A stretch of 63,418 nt of DNA, the filler included, from Reticulomyxa filosa (lineage: Eukaryota; Protista; Foraminifera), in the NCBI GenBank assembly GCA_000512085.1. It is 18 parts of 18 records of this genome, joined end to end, with 100 filler letters (N's around TTAATTAATTAA, not from the genome) between each part and the next. Parts side by side here need not be neighbours in the genome. Positions count along the whole stretch, not along the records: positions 1 to 7,401 come from ASPP01005363.1; positions 7,502 to 8,501 come from ASPP01046630.1; positions 8,602 to 13,625 come from ASPP01010387.1; 15 more parts are not named here. One strand, 5' to 3'. Below, piece by piece: positions 1 to 11,918 of the stretch (position 1 is the stretch's first letter; each line of letters opens with the position of its first letter). Below the pieces are notes generated by a model, which made no database searches, was not told the DNA's origin, and worked only from the letters and a program-made list of their open reading frames with translations. The position numbers and the translations under genes are program-made.

Positions 1-102
1 TTTTTTTTTTAAATTGCATAATACCTTGAACTTGTGATGGGGGAAAAAAAGAATTTGAGCTGCAAAAAATTTCATCTACCGTTTTTTTACAAAGACCTTA
101 AA

Positions 103-3100
103 ACAGTACAAGGGAAATTATCTCTTCATGTACAATACAAACACGAAAGAGAGTTCTCCATAAAAGATGGTGACCTTGTTTTTTGTCGTTCCAACTCCAA
201 ATCAAATTACGACAGAAGGAGGAACTATTTTGAATCATTTATTGGACGGCGTCAATCATGCCGACACATTACAATTTGCACTGTATGTACAGAAAGACAT
301 AATTGCAAAAGGATTAGAACAATCAGAGCAAGAATTGAAAAAAAGGATGCAACAATTTGAAATGACGGAAGTAAACTTGTCATCAGTTTTGCATTTTTTT
401 TTAAAGAAACAAAAAGAAAAATCAATAACAATAACAACAAAAAACCACAAGGTGTTGCAACATTTACTATTGTGCAAATGGAGATTGGAATGCTCAAACA
501 ATAATGAAAACATTGCCACATCTATAAGACAATGGCCATCCTGGAAGTGGTTTGAGGTAATCTCGTGTATCTTCGAACAATATCGTGACAAATTGCCTCC
601 AATCATTAAAGACATGTTGCTCGATAATGTAAAGCCACATTTCGACGGACTACTTTCCAAATGGGATCTCTTTTTTTTTTAATTCCATGTTTGAACTATT
701 TGTCATTACCCACCACAAACAACGCCTCTAGGGTTAAATTATCGCAACGTTTTCAAAGCAATGAAGTGCTCCGAATGGAAAGGCGATGATTTGGACAAAA
801 AAATCATTTCTGTGTTACAAATGGATTTAAGTATACGAAAGTTAAATGTAATTGCTCCCATATATAGTGAAGAGTATGTCCTTGATTTGCTGGTTGTCCA
901 GAAGGATAGGAAATTGTCTCAATCCGTTTTGGAATTTTTATTCCTGCAAGATAAGGACGTATGGGATCATATTTATTCAATCGGTAATGGCGATAAATGT
1001 TGGGACGTTATGTTGACTGCATTTCAAGCGGATTTTAAACAATGGAGTCGATATTTAGAGCATTTTAATGAAATTGGTGTTTTTAAAGGAGACGTATCTG
1101 AATCTTTATTTTTGAGTAAATTCCAAATAGACAAAAATTTTGTCAAATTGGTGACACTATCTGAAAATTTTTTAACTTTTCTGGCGTTTATGCAACAACA
1201 AAAGATAATGTAATACTTTTATTGTTCTCTTGTCTATCTACGATTGTTGTACAACACTGCAAAAAAAAATAATGCTCGATTATCAATCACTGAGTACAAT
1301 TGAGTATCATTATAAACAAGTAGATTGTTGCGACCCTGTTGTGTACCGTTTGATTGACACATTGTGGAATGTTAATAAATTCTGTCCTTTATATATTTCA
1401 ATTTCTTTCTCTAATTCTAATTTAGGCTTAAAAAAAAAAAAAACACAAAAAAAAGAATTAAATTTAGAAAGCCAGCCGTTAATCGACAAAGTGAATGAGA
1501 TCACCAAAAACTTGTTGACAAAGGTTACAACCACTTTTAAAAATCTGGAAGTCTGGATTCAACTCTTCAATTACAACACTAAAAAGAATGAAGATCAATG
1601 GGAAGATCTACTGACTAGCTCGTTAAAAGAATGGTGGCTTTCTGACAGTTTTGGTGAGAAATTCACCGGCGAGTGTTATCATCGCAAAGTGGTATGGTTC
1701 CTCCATCCTTCTCGGTACAATAAAATTGAAAAGAACTTTCGCAACGTCTTTAAGGAACAGGTGGAATCAAAATCAGACTATTTTTGTTTTGATAACAAAT
1801 GCTGGGATGAAGACTCTCGTGACGAATTAAAAAATTGTGTCGTTGGATCACTTTCAAAGCAAGACAGTAGTATCGATGAATGGGAGTGGCTGTTGTCACT
1901 GATTATCAAAATTCCCTCTAAATAGCATTGTCAAAACAATCTTTTTGTGTTTTACTTTATTGATTAAGACACAAGACTATCAAAACAAAACAAAAAACAC
2001 AAATTTGACAGCGATGCATTATTTTGGACAAAAGAGAATATTATTTTTAATGAAGATGAAAAAGAAGAAAAAGTCCCGCAAAATGAGGAAAGTGAACATG
2101 ACATCGAGTTGTTCAAGAGCGAATTGGAATATTGTATTGCATGCACTGGATGGAAGGAATTATTGACCAATTGTCAAAACATAACAATTCTTGGTGATTT
2201 GTGGAAATTTATTCAAAGAACGTTAGAGACATTGAGTAATATTATCAAGGCTGATAAACTCACTTTTTCACTTTGCGATTTCTAAAAAAGGATGGAAAAT
2301 GAAATGTGTATCCGTAAATTGAATGAAAATATAATTGACCTGTCAAAGTTAGACCTCGCAATGAAGAAATTTGGTGAATATAAAAAATTGACAGACAATT
2401 TCATGATAGTTTTACAAAGATATCTATTGATCATTCCTGCCGAATTGATAGCATTTTATGAGTTTTGTAGAAACTTGGACCATAAGTATCTGTCGGATAT
2501 GGAAACAAAATTTGAAAAAGAAAAAAATGTGTTGCATAATTTCAGTAAGGAATTTCAATCGATGGTAGACCGAGTCAAAAGTGATTTGTTTCATACCATG
2601 TGGAAAATGCAAATAACAAACGATCTCAATCCAATTTCCACCATTGTTGATCTCATAGGTGTATTTAAGCTAGCAGATTTGCATTGGAATACTTTGATCT
2701 CCAAAATTAAGGATAATACGCTGCAATATGCAGATTTAGAGATATACTCGAATATTAAATGGGAACCAGAGATGAATATTTTATTATCTGACTCCAAACT
2801 TCAAGTACAAAATGGCAGCACTACATTTACAAAGCATCAATAACGCTCTTTGCTTCTTACAAACACAAACACATTGGAGCTTATTAAAAAAAGCAATCAC
2901 AATAATTCAAAGTACTCATAAAAATAAAGGAATTGCAAATGACAAACAAATGGCAAAATTTTGTGAATATAATTAACCAATCGGAAAAAAAACAAGAAAG
3001 AAACACCTATAACGAAGGCATCGGAATGGTATTTGGAATGCCAGATAAAAAAAATATGCTGGAATCTATTTGCAAAAATGAAAAAAAAATCCAAGTTTTG

Positions 3101-6100
3101 GCCAGCAATGAAATTTTTACAAATCAAAAACAATTTGAATGATTCTCAAAATGAAAAGTTTCGCCAATTGGCCGCTACATTACGTGAAATCAATCAAAAA
3201 ATGAAAATGACAATCTGGGACGTCAATTTTCAGTCGAGTTATGGATTGGCAAAAGCCACACTTGCTCTCGATCAACGTAATAACAATTTCGGCGACAAGT
3301 TGGCAAAGGTGTTTCAGCATCGATTTTACCGAGCTTTTTCGTTTGGTCAAGGAAGGTGATCAGTTGTCCGTGGTAAAAGGATTTGAGAAATTCGAACGAG
3401 CAGGTCAAACAGGCAAATGGATATTGAATAATTACGACACAATGTTGATCTTCATCAATTGAACACCGTTCCAAATTTTGCCGCAAAGATCAAATCAAAA
3501 ATAAACAAATACGAAGGGTTGACATTACAATTTGGAAAGACTCATTTGAATTGTGACCTCATCGAGCATACGCTCGATCAATTGAAACTTGGTTTAACGA
3601 GCGAAGAAAAAAAAAAATTGAAAAGGTAATTCTGCAATATGAAATTTGCAAAGATATTTATGCGATTCGAATTGACTATTGGGAAAAGAGGCGGACTTGA
3701 CAAAAAGGAAATGTTGATGTTGCACGCCAAAGATCCTATTGATACATTTGAAAAAGAAAAAAAAGAATGGATAAGTAGACTGGAAAAATGGAAAAAAGAG
3801 TGTCTTTCGTTGCGGAATATTTATCCTGGTCTAACTTATTTCACAATAAATGAAGCACGACATGTAATTGTAAACATGGATCAAATTTTGCTTTCTAATT
3901 ACGAATGTCGGGATGATTTAGCTTTCAAATATGTTTTGCCTTATTTTCAAAGACTAGATTATAGTTTACAGAACATATCTCCGATCATTGATGAATGGAC
4001 CAAACAATCGGAAGAAAAGGAAGAGTCACTACAATTTCTGGGTAAACTCTTTTCAAAAACTTGGAGCAATTCCAAAAATAATGAAACTGCACCGGACTGT
4101 TTTGCAAAAGTGGATACACTGTGTCGAGGTAAACCAAATTTGATAATTCGAAAAGACAAAGGATTTTCCAATGTTTTAAATTTGTATAAATGCCTTAAAA
4201 TGCCCACGAGCAGAACATGTGTTAATCTGCAAAGAAACAACGACAGAAGAAGAAGTTGAATGTTTGTTATTGCGAACATTCTTATGCACCAAAGAAGATA
4301 AAACACAAAATGCACGAACACCATTATATTGTTTAGTTTGGCCAGAAAAATTAGCAATGACAACTGTGACCAAAGTGACAGTGCTTTTGCGGCGCATGTT
4401 ATTAAGTCAATCCGAATTACGACAAATGCATCCGTATTTATTTGTGGTGATTTCTTCCAATCAAGAAAATGAGGTAGCAATCACCTTGCAACAATTCAAA
4501 CGAACATTTAATGCAAATGAAACTTCATTGAATGTAGAAGATATTTTATATATTGAACAATGGAAGTCATTTTTAACTGAAAAAGTCGATCGAAAGCCGT
4601 TTGTTCAATTGTATACGTCGAAGAATGTTGGAATGGGCAAAACATGGAAAATTAAACATGATATTAAAAGTAAGAAATTAGAAAGGATTTATATGCGATT
4701 TAATAGTAGCATAATTGATTGGGATTTCATTGTAAACACATTTTGGCAATATCTTCCATGTCAGTTCAATAACATTTCGAAAACCGCTAGTCAACAAGAT
4801 GAAACAAAAGAGAGAACCAAAGACGATTTGGTGGTGTATCATTTGGATATATCATCTTGTGTGGGCAAGGAGATTAACGATTTTTTATTCCAACTGTTGT
4901 ATTTGCAACACATTGAATACTGACAGTTGCAGTTTCCATGTGAATCCAAACATGGCATTCTTCATTGAAATTCCATCCAAATTTGATTCACTTCAAGGTA
5001 CTGCAGCAGATATTTTGTACACTCTATTTCCCAAACCAAGATTCCCAACGATCGATGTGAACAAGGACAATAATCCATTTCAATTTGGAAGAGAAGCGCA
5101 ATATTGCATTATAAATGGATTGAAGAATTCCAAGCTGACAACTTAAGGTATGGGAATTTTGTTGATATTTTTTTTTTGTATTGAACCTTTATTGCCTGTT
5201 TTTTTTTTCCTTTAACAGGCTCAGAAAATGGAGTTGGATATGGTGGAGTTATTCCTCTCCTGAGACATTAGACATTGATCCAAGCAAAGTGAAGCATTTA
5301 TCTAGTATATGTTGTAACGATCTTATGAACTCTACTTTTAATAATTCGATACAACAAAGCCCTTTAAATTACACCATATTCTTCAATTTTCTTATTCACG
5401 CAATTTAAAATCTTGGCCAATTCCAAGTCGCTTGCGAATAGACTCGTTTACGATCATCCCATTCAATACAAGCACGAAGCGACCAAAAATGCAATCGAAA
5501 TTGCCAACGAGTTATTTTTTACGGATATGAGCACCAAGGAAAAAGATACCCAATTTTGCTTGTGCAAAAAATGGCAATATTCCAAATTCTTTCTAATAAA
5601 CCAAGACGGTAACTAGAGTCTAAGAAGCAATGTCTGATATGCTAATATTTTTTTTTTTTTAAAATTTGAATATATACATATATAATGATGTGAAAAAGGG
5701 TCAATCCCATTACTAACTTCCAATGCAAATGATCTAAGCATCAGAGAGCGTGAGCATTTGAAAATGGCAGGTTTTGTTCTACTTTGTTGGAAAGAAGAGA
5801 TGAACAAATTGCAACAATTATGGGCATGGCTAATGGTTAACAGATTTGTTTCGAGTTCATATTGTACACAAAAAAAACAAAGATATGTAAATCACAAATG
5901 CAAAAAGGGGGAAACAGTCAAGATCCCATCCAATGAAGTGATTCTCGAAGAAAAAAAGAAGCGAATTGAAGTACTGTGTCGAGCAGTGGGAGTACCAGAA
6001 ACAAAGAAGAGCATAATAATCAATAAATTGTGTGACGGAGAATTCAAACATTATGTGTTAACTTATGACAATATTTTGAAAATGACGGCTATCCTCTTTA

Positions 6101-7401
6101 GTATTCGGTCCAATCTTCCGACTGTGTTGATGGGAGAAACAGGATGTGGAAAAACAGCATTAATAAAATATCTTGCATGTGCAACGGACACTGAGTTGGA
6201 GGCAGTTGATATCCACGGAGGCATTGACAAAACGCATATCTATGAAATTGTAAAAAAGTGCACAGAAAGATTAAAACCAATGGCACACATAATTAAATCC
6301 AAAAGACGTAAATACCAATGTAATTCGAAAGAAATTTGGCTTTTCTTGGATGAATTCAACACTTCACCTGATATCGGCTGGTTCAATGAACTGATTTGCA
6401 ATCGCTCTCTTGATGGGATCAAAATACCAGAGGAGATCAAAATCCTTGCTGCATGTAATCCTTATCGCGAGCGTAAACTCAGCGCACAAGACAAAGTATG
6501 GTCTGAAAAAGATCGCTTGGCCAAGTACGTATATCGAGTACTTCCTTTATGTGAAACCGTGAAAACATACCTTTGGCAGTTTGGATCGTTGCCGGATTTA
6601 GATGAACGTCAATACATCTTGGAAATGATTAAAAATCGAAAAAAAGAACTGAAGGGATCTCTACAAACCGAGTTTGATAATGAGGCGCCCTTTATTGTTG
6701 AACAAATTTGCAAATCACAAGAGTTTGTGCGTGTCAAATTGCAAGATGTGGCGATAGTGTCCTTACGAGATGTGGACAGATGCTTAAAGATCTTTGTTTG
6801 GCTTGTCAATACATACTTTGCAAACACCTTAGATATCAGACAATGTCTGGTGATTTCCGTGGGAATTTGTTATTACTATCGCTTGAACTCAAAAGAAAGG
6901 AGAGAATACGTAAAGGTGATAACTACAAAAGACATACATTTCTTGAAGATTTTAGAAAAAGAAAGGGACAAGTTTTGCGATGCTCTAATGTATCCCCCAG
7001 GTAATCCATAAAAATGTTTTATTTTTTATTTACAAATACACTTGTGACATTTTTAATAAAATAAAAAATACGATAATTAGATGTTGCAAAAACAGCTGCT
7101 TTGAAGGAGATATTGTTTATGTTATTTATCTGTGTTATCACAACGACTCCCAGTTTTGTCTTTTTTTTTTTTTTTTCCTCTCAAAATAATATACACATAT
7201 ATAAATACATATTGTATGTGTCAATGGATTTACAGTTGTGCTAGTTGGAGATCCTGGGGACATCGAAAACATTATCTTTTCAAATTCTCAAAGACAACAT
7301 GTGTCAATCTGAAATTGAAAATTTTCGAAAAAAAGATTAAGAAAGCAAGATATTGGTTTAAAGGCACTCCATGTTGTGTCTTTTCAGTGCACGCAAAAAC
7401 A
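103..7401 (+). CDS. RNF213: RNF213/mysterin-like giant AAA+ ATPase, partial; split by many frameshifts (assembly errors or pseudogene)
   Basis: RNF213-type motifs in order across consecutive + strand ORFs: YTSKNVGMGKT and HLDISS (about 4612-4860); VLMGETGCGKT Walker A (6124-6156); WLFLDEFNT Walker B; AACNPYR; YRVLPL; WQFGSL; VSLRDVDR; CYYYRL; then VVLVGDPG-TSKTLSF (about 7236-7280, one extra G) and FQC at the contig end. The E3 region is not in the window. Confidence 0.85.
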
Positions 7402-7501
7402 NNNNNNNNNNNNNNNNNNNNNNNNNNNNNNNNNNNNNNNNNNNNTTAATTAATTAANNNNNNNNNNNNNNNNNNNNNNNNNNNNNNNNNNNNNNNNNNN
7501 N
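7402..7501. other. Artificial contig linker N44-TTAATTAATTAA-N44, first of 17. Others start at 8502, 13626, 14820, 17516, 31696, 33337, 35657, 36851, 44631, 48001, 50718, 51967, 54043, 56006, 58359 and 60232
   Basis: Identical 100-bp block with stop codons in all six frames; genes are truncated at these points. Confidence 0.99.
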
Positions 7502-8041
7502 TTTGAAAATGTCAAAGTGAAATGTGATAACTTTTTAAAAAAAAATTAGAGAAATTGTAAAAAATTTAAATTGAAGTTATTTGTAAAACATGTCACTATT
7601 GTTTCATAGTTTGTTATTCAGTAGCTTTTTTTGTTATTGAAATTGAGTGTATTTCTATTTTAACTTAGAAAAGATTGTTGTTTATTTTTGTTAGATTTAA
7701 ACCTTTCAATATTCCATTCTTCATTTTGCATTAATGGGACTGTTTTGTATTGCATTTTAATTGTTAGTGTTTTTTTTAGATATTATTTTTATTGCTTTGA
7801 CTAGCTTGTGTTATGGTAAATTAGGTTGCAAAATGTTCTTGAACATTGTCAGTACTTTGTGAGAAATTGATTAATGACGTTCCCTAATAGAGGATAGATA
7901 AAAGCTATTTATATTTTATTAATGTCCATTAGTGGATGTATTTGTTTTATTAGAATTTAGTCATTGTCTAATTCAAGCAAAGATTAGGACAAAAGTGTGA
8001 AAAGCAGTTCAAATTCAGGGCCAATTGTATAAAAAAAAAAA

Positions 8042-8500
8042 TCAATTACATTGGAGGAAATGTTTAATTTTTTGAAGCAAACTGTAATCAGAATATAAGA
8101 CTAGTTGTCCATCCTTAAGTAAGCAAGAATAATTTGGAAGATTGCGATAATGATTAACGATGGACAATCGATCATAGGTAATACCATCCAAAGCAATCAC
8201 GGGATCAGTCATTATAGTTTTAGATAATGGACATAAATATTCTTTCGGAATATGGACATAATCATTTACATTTGGATTAGAACTGACAGGCTCTGGTAAA
8301 ATGCTGTTAGAAAGTTTGGCAAATGTATCATGAATCAAACAGGCTTGTGAAAAAATGTGAATTTGAAAAATTTCCATCCAATCTTTTTTGGATAAATCCG
8401 ATAATGCCTTTGGTTGAATTTGGGCATTTTTGATTATTTTTTCAAAATTAATAATTTCAGAATGTTTCGAATTCAATGTAAAACCAATGAAACTAGCCAT
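8042..8500 (-). CDS. U-box domain protein, C-terminal part
   Basis: IPKEYLCPLSKTIMTDPVIALDGITYDRLSI matches the U-box consensus (P.EF.CPI...IM.DPV....G.TYDR..I); probably 5'-truncated at the linker. Confidence 0.88.
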   Translation of the reverse strand: MASFIGFTLNSKHSEIINFEKIIKNAQIQPKALSDLSKKDWMEIFQIHIFSQACLIHDTFAKLSNSILPEPVSSNPNVNDYVHIPKEYLCPLSKTIMTDPVIALDGITYDRLSIVNHYRNLPNYSCLLKDGQLVLYSDYSLLQKIKHFLQCN

Positions 8501-8669
8501 TNNNNNNNNNNNNNNNNNNNNNNNNNNNNNNNNNNNNNNNNNNNNTTAATTAATTAANNNNNNNNNNNNNNNNNNNNNNNNNNNNNNNNNNNNNNNNNNN
8601 NACTTTTACTCGATACAGTTGAGATTTCAAAAGATAAACCAAAAATACGTTTTTTTAGAACTCGGAAAG

Positions 8670-8728
8670 TACCACCATCTATATAAGGTACAGTTTTATG
8701 TGTCAACTTTCTTTTGCATTCTACTGTA
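8670..8728 (-). mobile_element. Terminal fragment of the Tc1-like MITE family (ends TACTG|TA)
   Basis: catctatataaggtacagttttatgtgtcaactttcttttgcattctactgTA closely matches 17727-17779 and the reverse complement of 30212-30265. Confidence 0.65.
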
Positions 8729-9404
8729 GTTTTCCAAATATAAATAGAATCATTGCTTGAACAATAACACAAATTAACGTTATTTTATTATGCATTATAT
8801 AACTGAATACGATTTTTCCAATGTTTAAGAGATAAGACATTTATTAATTGCATTTATTTATCACTCGATAGACAAAACAATTTGATTATGTATCGAAAAA
8901 GGTAAAATTATTGGTTTAGCTGAGATTAGTGTTGTGAATTGTATTTAGATAGTAGTATTCAAATTGGTTTATCATGAAAGATAGTATCTGGAAGGACACA
9001 ATGATTCGGGTGATGAACAAAAATTGCTTACAAACAACGTGATAGAATATTTTATTGTTTGTTTTTTACTTAGTTTTCTTTATTAATTTCTTCTACGAGT
9101 TATTTTTATTTTGGAATTCACTATTTTTTTTATATTAAGAATTACTCCAGTTAGTGTCTCTTTCATCTTCTTGCTTTTCTATTTATTCATTTTTGAAGAT
9201 CTTCACTTATCAATTTTGTTTTCTATTACTAGCTTTTTGTATTAGGATTTCAATTAAAACAATATCCAAATACACGAACTTGCTACACTTGTTTTTCAAG
9301 CAGCTGTTTGTCGGCTTTGCTATGCGTCGATTACCACTATTTCTTTAAACTCCAGCCAACGAAAAAAAAAGTGAAAACAATTTTAAAACTCCGTCTACCA
9401 AACC

Positions 9405-11408
9405 ATGGGGAATGCAATGCATTGTTGCTTGGAATCGCCAAAAGAGCATGTGGAGATTGAGAAGCAGTTGAAACAGGAGGGAGCAGCAGTAAGTCACTAA
9501 AATTTAACTACATCCTTGGTAAGTGAACACGTGCAGTGCCTGCCAAATGTACGTAACATGAACGATAGGAAATGGAAAGAAAGAAAATACTGTTATTAGG
9601 TGCAGGAAGCGGCGGAAAAAGCACATTTTTGAAACAAATAACTTATTTATACAAATATGACAATAGTAATGATTTTTTTTTTTATTTGTTTATTTCTTTA
9701 TCAAATGATCACTGGTATAACTGTAAGTCTTGACTCTCACTTGTTTTTTTTATTTTTTATTTTTTTACGTATCTATGATGTGGAATGTGAAGATTTTCCA
9801 GAGCTACGATTGCATCGAAACTCGTTAAGTGACACACAACCGCATAGCAAAACAACAATCAAATATGCACTCATTTTTTTTTTTGTTTTTGTTTTTAAGA
9901 AACGTCCATGTGGTGCACCTTATATACGTACAGGGTTTTGATAAACATTTTGAAAATATTGCGGACCTTGTGCGAGCAAGTTAAAAAACGTAGGAAAAAT
10001 CGCAATCAGGATACCAACAACAAAAAAAACATAAACACTTTTTTTTTTTTTTTTTTTTTTATGCATTCACGATAGTTGCCAGGACAAAGCTTGAAATGTG
10101 AAGAGCAGAGTAGTGAATACGTGAAACTATTATTGACAACAGAGGAATTTGATGAAAAAAGCAGTGTAGAAGTACTGACAGCCATGAAGAAAGTTGCCAA
10201 AGATGTTTCGTTATTTTACTTGTGTATTTTTTGTTTGTTTGGTGAAAGGGAATGGCTCCGTTCATCTCCTTAGCTTTATAAAAAAATGTCCACAGTACGT
10301 ATACCTTATTTTAAAAAAAAAAAAAAAAAAAAAAATAGAAATCAATTCTACAAGTTCTTTCTAAACAGTATGAGTTCACCCTTAACGACAACGCAGAGTA
10401 CTTCATAACCGATATTGACAGAATTGCGAGCATTGACTACGAACCGACGTTTGCAGATGTTCTCAGAACACGAGTTTAAAATTTATCTGTCCTCACAAAA
10501 AAAATAAAAAATAAAAAAAAAGCATCTTTTTTTGTACCTTCTTGTTTTCCAGAGTTTGTTTCTGCACATATAGACAAAAACAACAGGAGTGGTTAAAGAA
10601 GAATTTTTATATCAGAAAATGCGTGAACCTCCAAAACGGTATTTATTAGTCGATGTTGGTGGTAAGTTTTACCTTAAATATGTATAATGTGTCACAATAT
10701 TCTCTTTTTTCTTTTGTAACTCCCTGAACTGAAACTGATGTCAATAATAAAACAAAGGTCAAAGAAGCGAGAGGAACAAATGGATTGGCCAATTTGCTGA
10801 TATTTTTGCGGTGTTGTGGTTTTTTGCTTTAAGTTCTTATGACCAAGTACGTTTGATTATCTTTTTTCTTTTTTTTTTTTTTTTGTTTTGATTGTCCCAG
10901 TGGTAAAAATATGTCTTATAAATGCATATTTGTTTGGGGGACTGTGGCTATAGAAACTAGTTGAAGATACCTCAGTAAATAGAATGTATGAAGAATTGGA
11001 AGTATTTCACACTACCAGCAAAAATCCAGCACTCGAGCGTGTGAGTTTCATTGTATTTTTGAATAAATATGACCAATTCATAGAAAAGATCGGTCGAATT
11101 CCCTTCAAATGCTCTTTTCAAAACCACGAATATGACGGAGATAAACATGATCCAGTACAAGTTATTGACTGGATTGAGAAAACTTTAAAAGAACTTGGCA
11201 ATTCTAAAACCATGTATTTTCATAAGACGACCGCAACTGGTGTGTTTTCTTTTCAACTCCAGATGATTTTTGCAAGATACTAAAATAGATTTTAAAAAAA
11301 AAATTGTAATGATGAATAGACACTGATCAAATGGATAGTGTATTTGGAGAATGCCACAAAATCATTGTACAAATACAACTCGCTAGAGCCGGAGTGCTCG
11401 AATATTGA
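9405..11408 (+). CDS. Heterotrimeric G-protein alpha subunit, multi-exon
   Basis: MGNAMHCC N-terminus (myristoylation/palmitoylation-like); [18 protein letters not shown] (G1); DVLRTR/TKTTG (G2); [12 protein letters not shown] (G3); FLNKYD (G4); TTAT/D (G5); C-terminal helix ending [10 protein letters not shown] at 11408; GT-AG introns. Confidence 0.95.
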
Positions 11409-11918
11409 TTTGTTGAAAAATTGTTTTTCTGATGTTTTTCCCTAGTGGGGTGTGTTTCTTTTTCCTTGTTTACTTGTTGTGCCTCTTAAGGTATTGACAA
11501 TGTTTGAGAATTCGATTTTTGACATCAATACGATTGCAAAAATCAATCATGGACGGGAGGGAAATAAACACTGGGAATTAGGCATTACATTTTTTTGTAA
11601 AATATTACAGTGAGTTCCGAAATATTAGAAAGTGCGTTGATACAAGTTAGTGGCCCAAAAAAGGCCAATTTGAGTCACAAAATTTCATTTTAAAGAGGTT
11701 AAAAGTGTGAAAATTTGGTTATAATGAGCACCACACATTCAAGGCACCTCCAAAACGCAATGATAAAAAAAAAACAGAACAACATATTAAAAAATCAATA
11801 AACATAGCATAAATCCAAAATGCGATATGACTAATTGATAACATAGAAAAAAGTACATTTTTTACGGGTCACAAGAAATGTACACAAACAATCCCCAAAG
11901 CGCAAGCCGCAACAAGCC

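Noticed and set aside
1917-1930. AAA-TAG as a Euplotes-type programmed +1 frameshift
   Set aside because: Single instance; the other frame breaks share no motif and mostly sit at homopolymers.
5758-7011. Midasin, dynein or prokaryotic MoxR/McrB identity for the AAA+ ORF
   Set aside because: AACNPYR, YRVLPL, WQFG, VSLRD and CYYYRL motifs, together with spliceosomal introns, fit the eukaryotic RNF213 family better.
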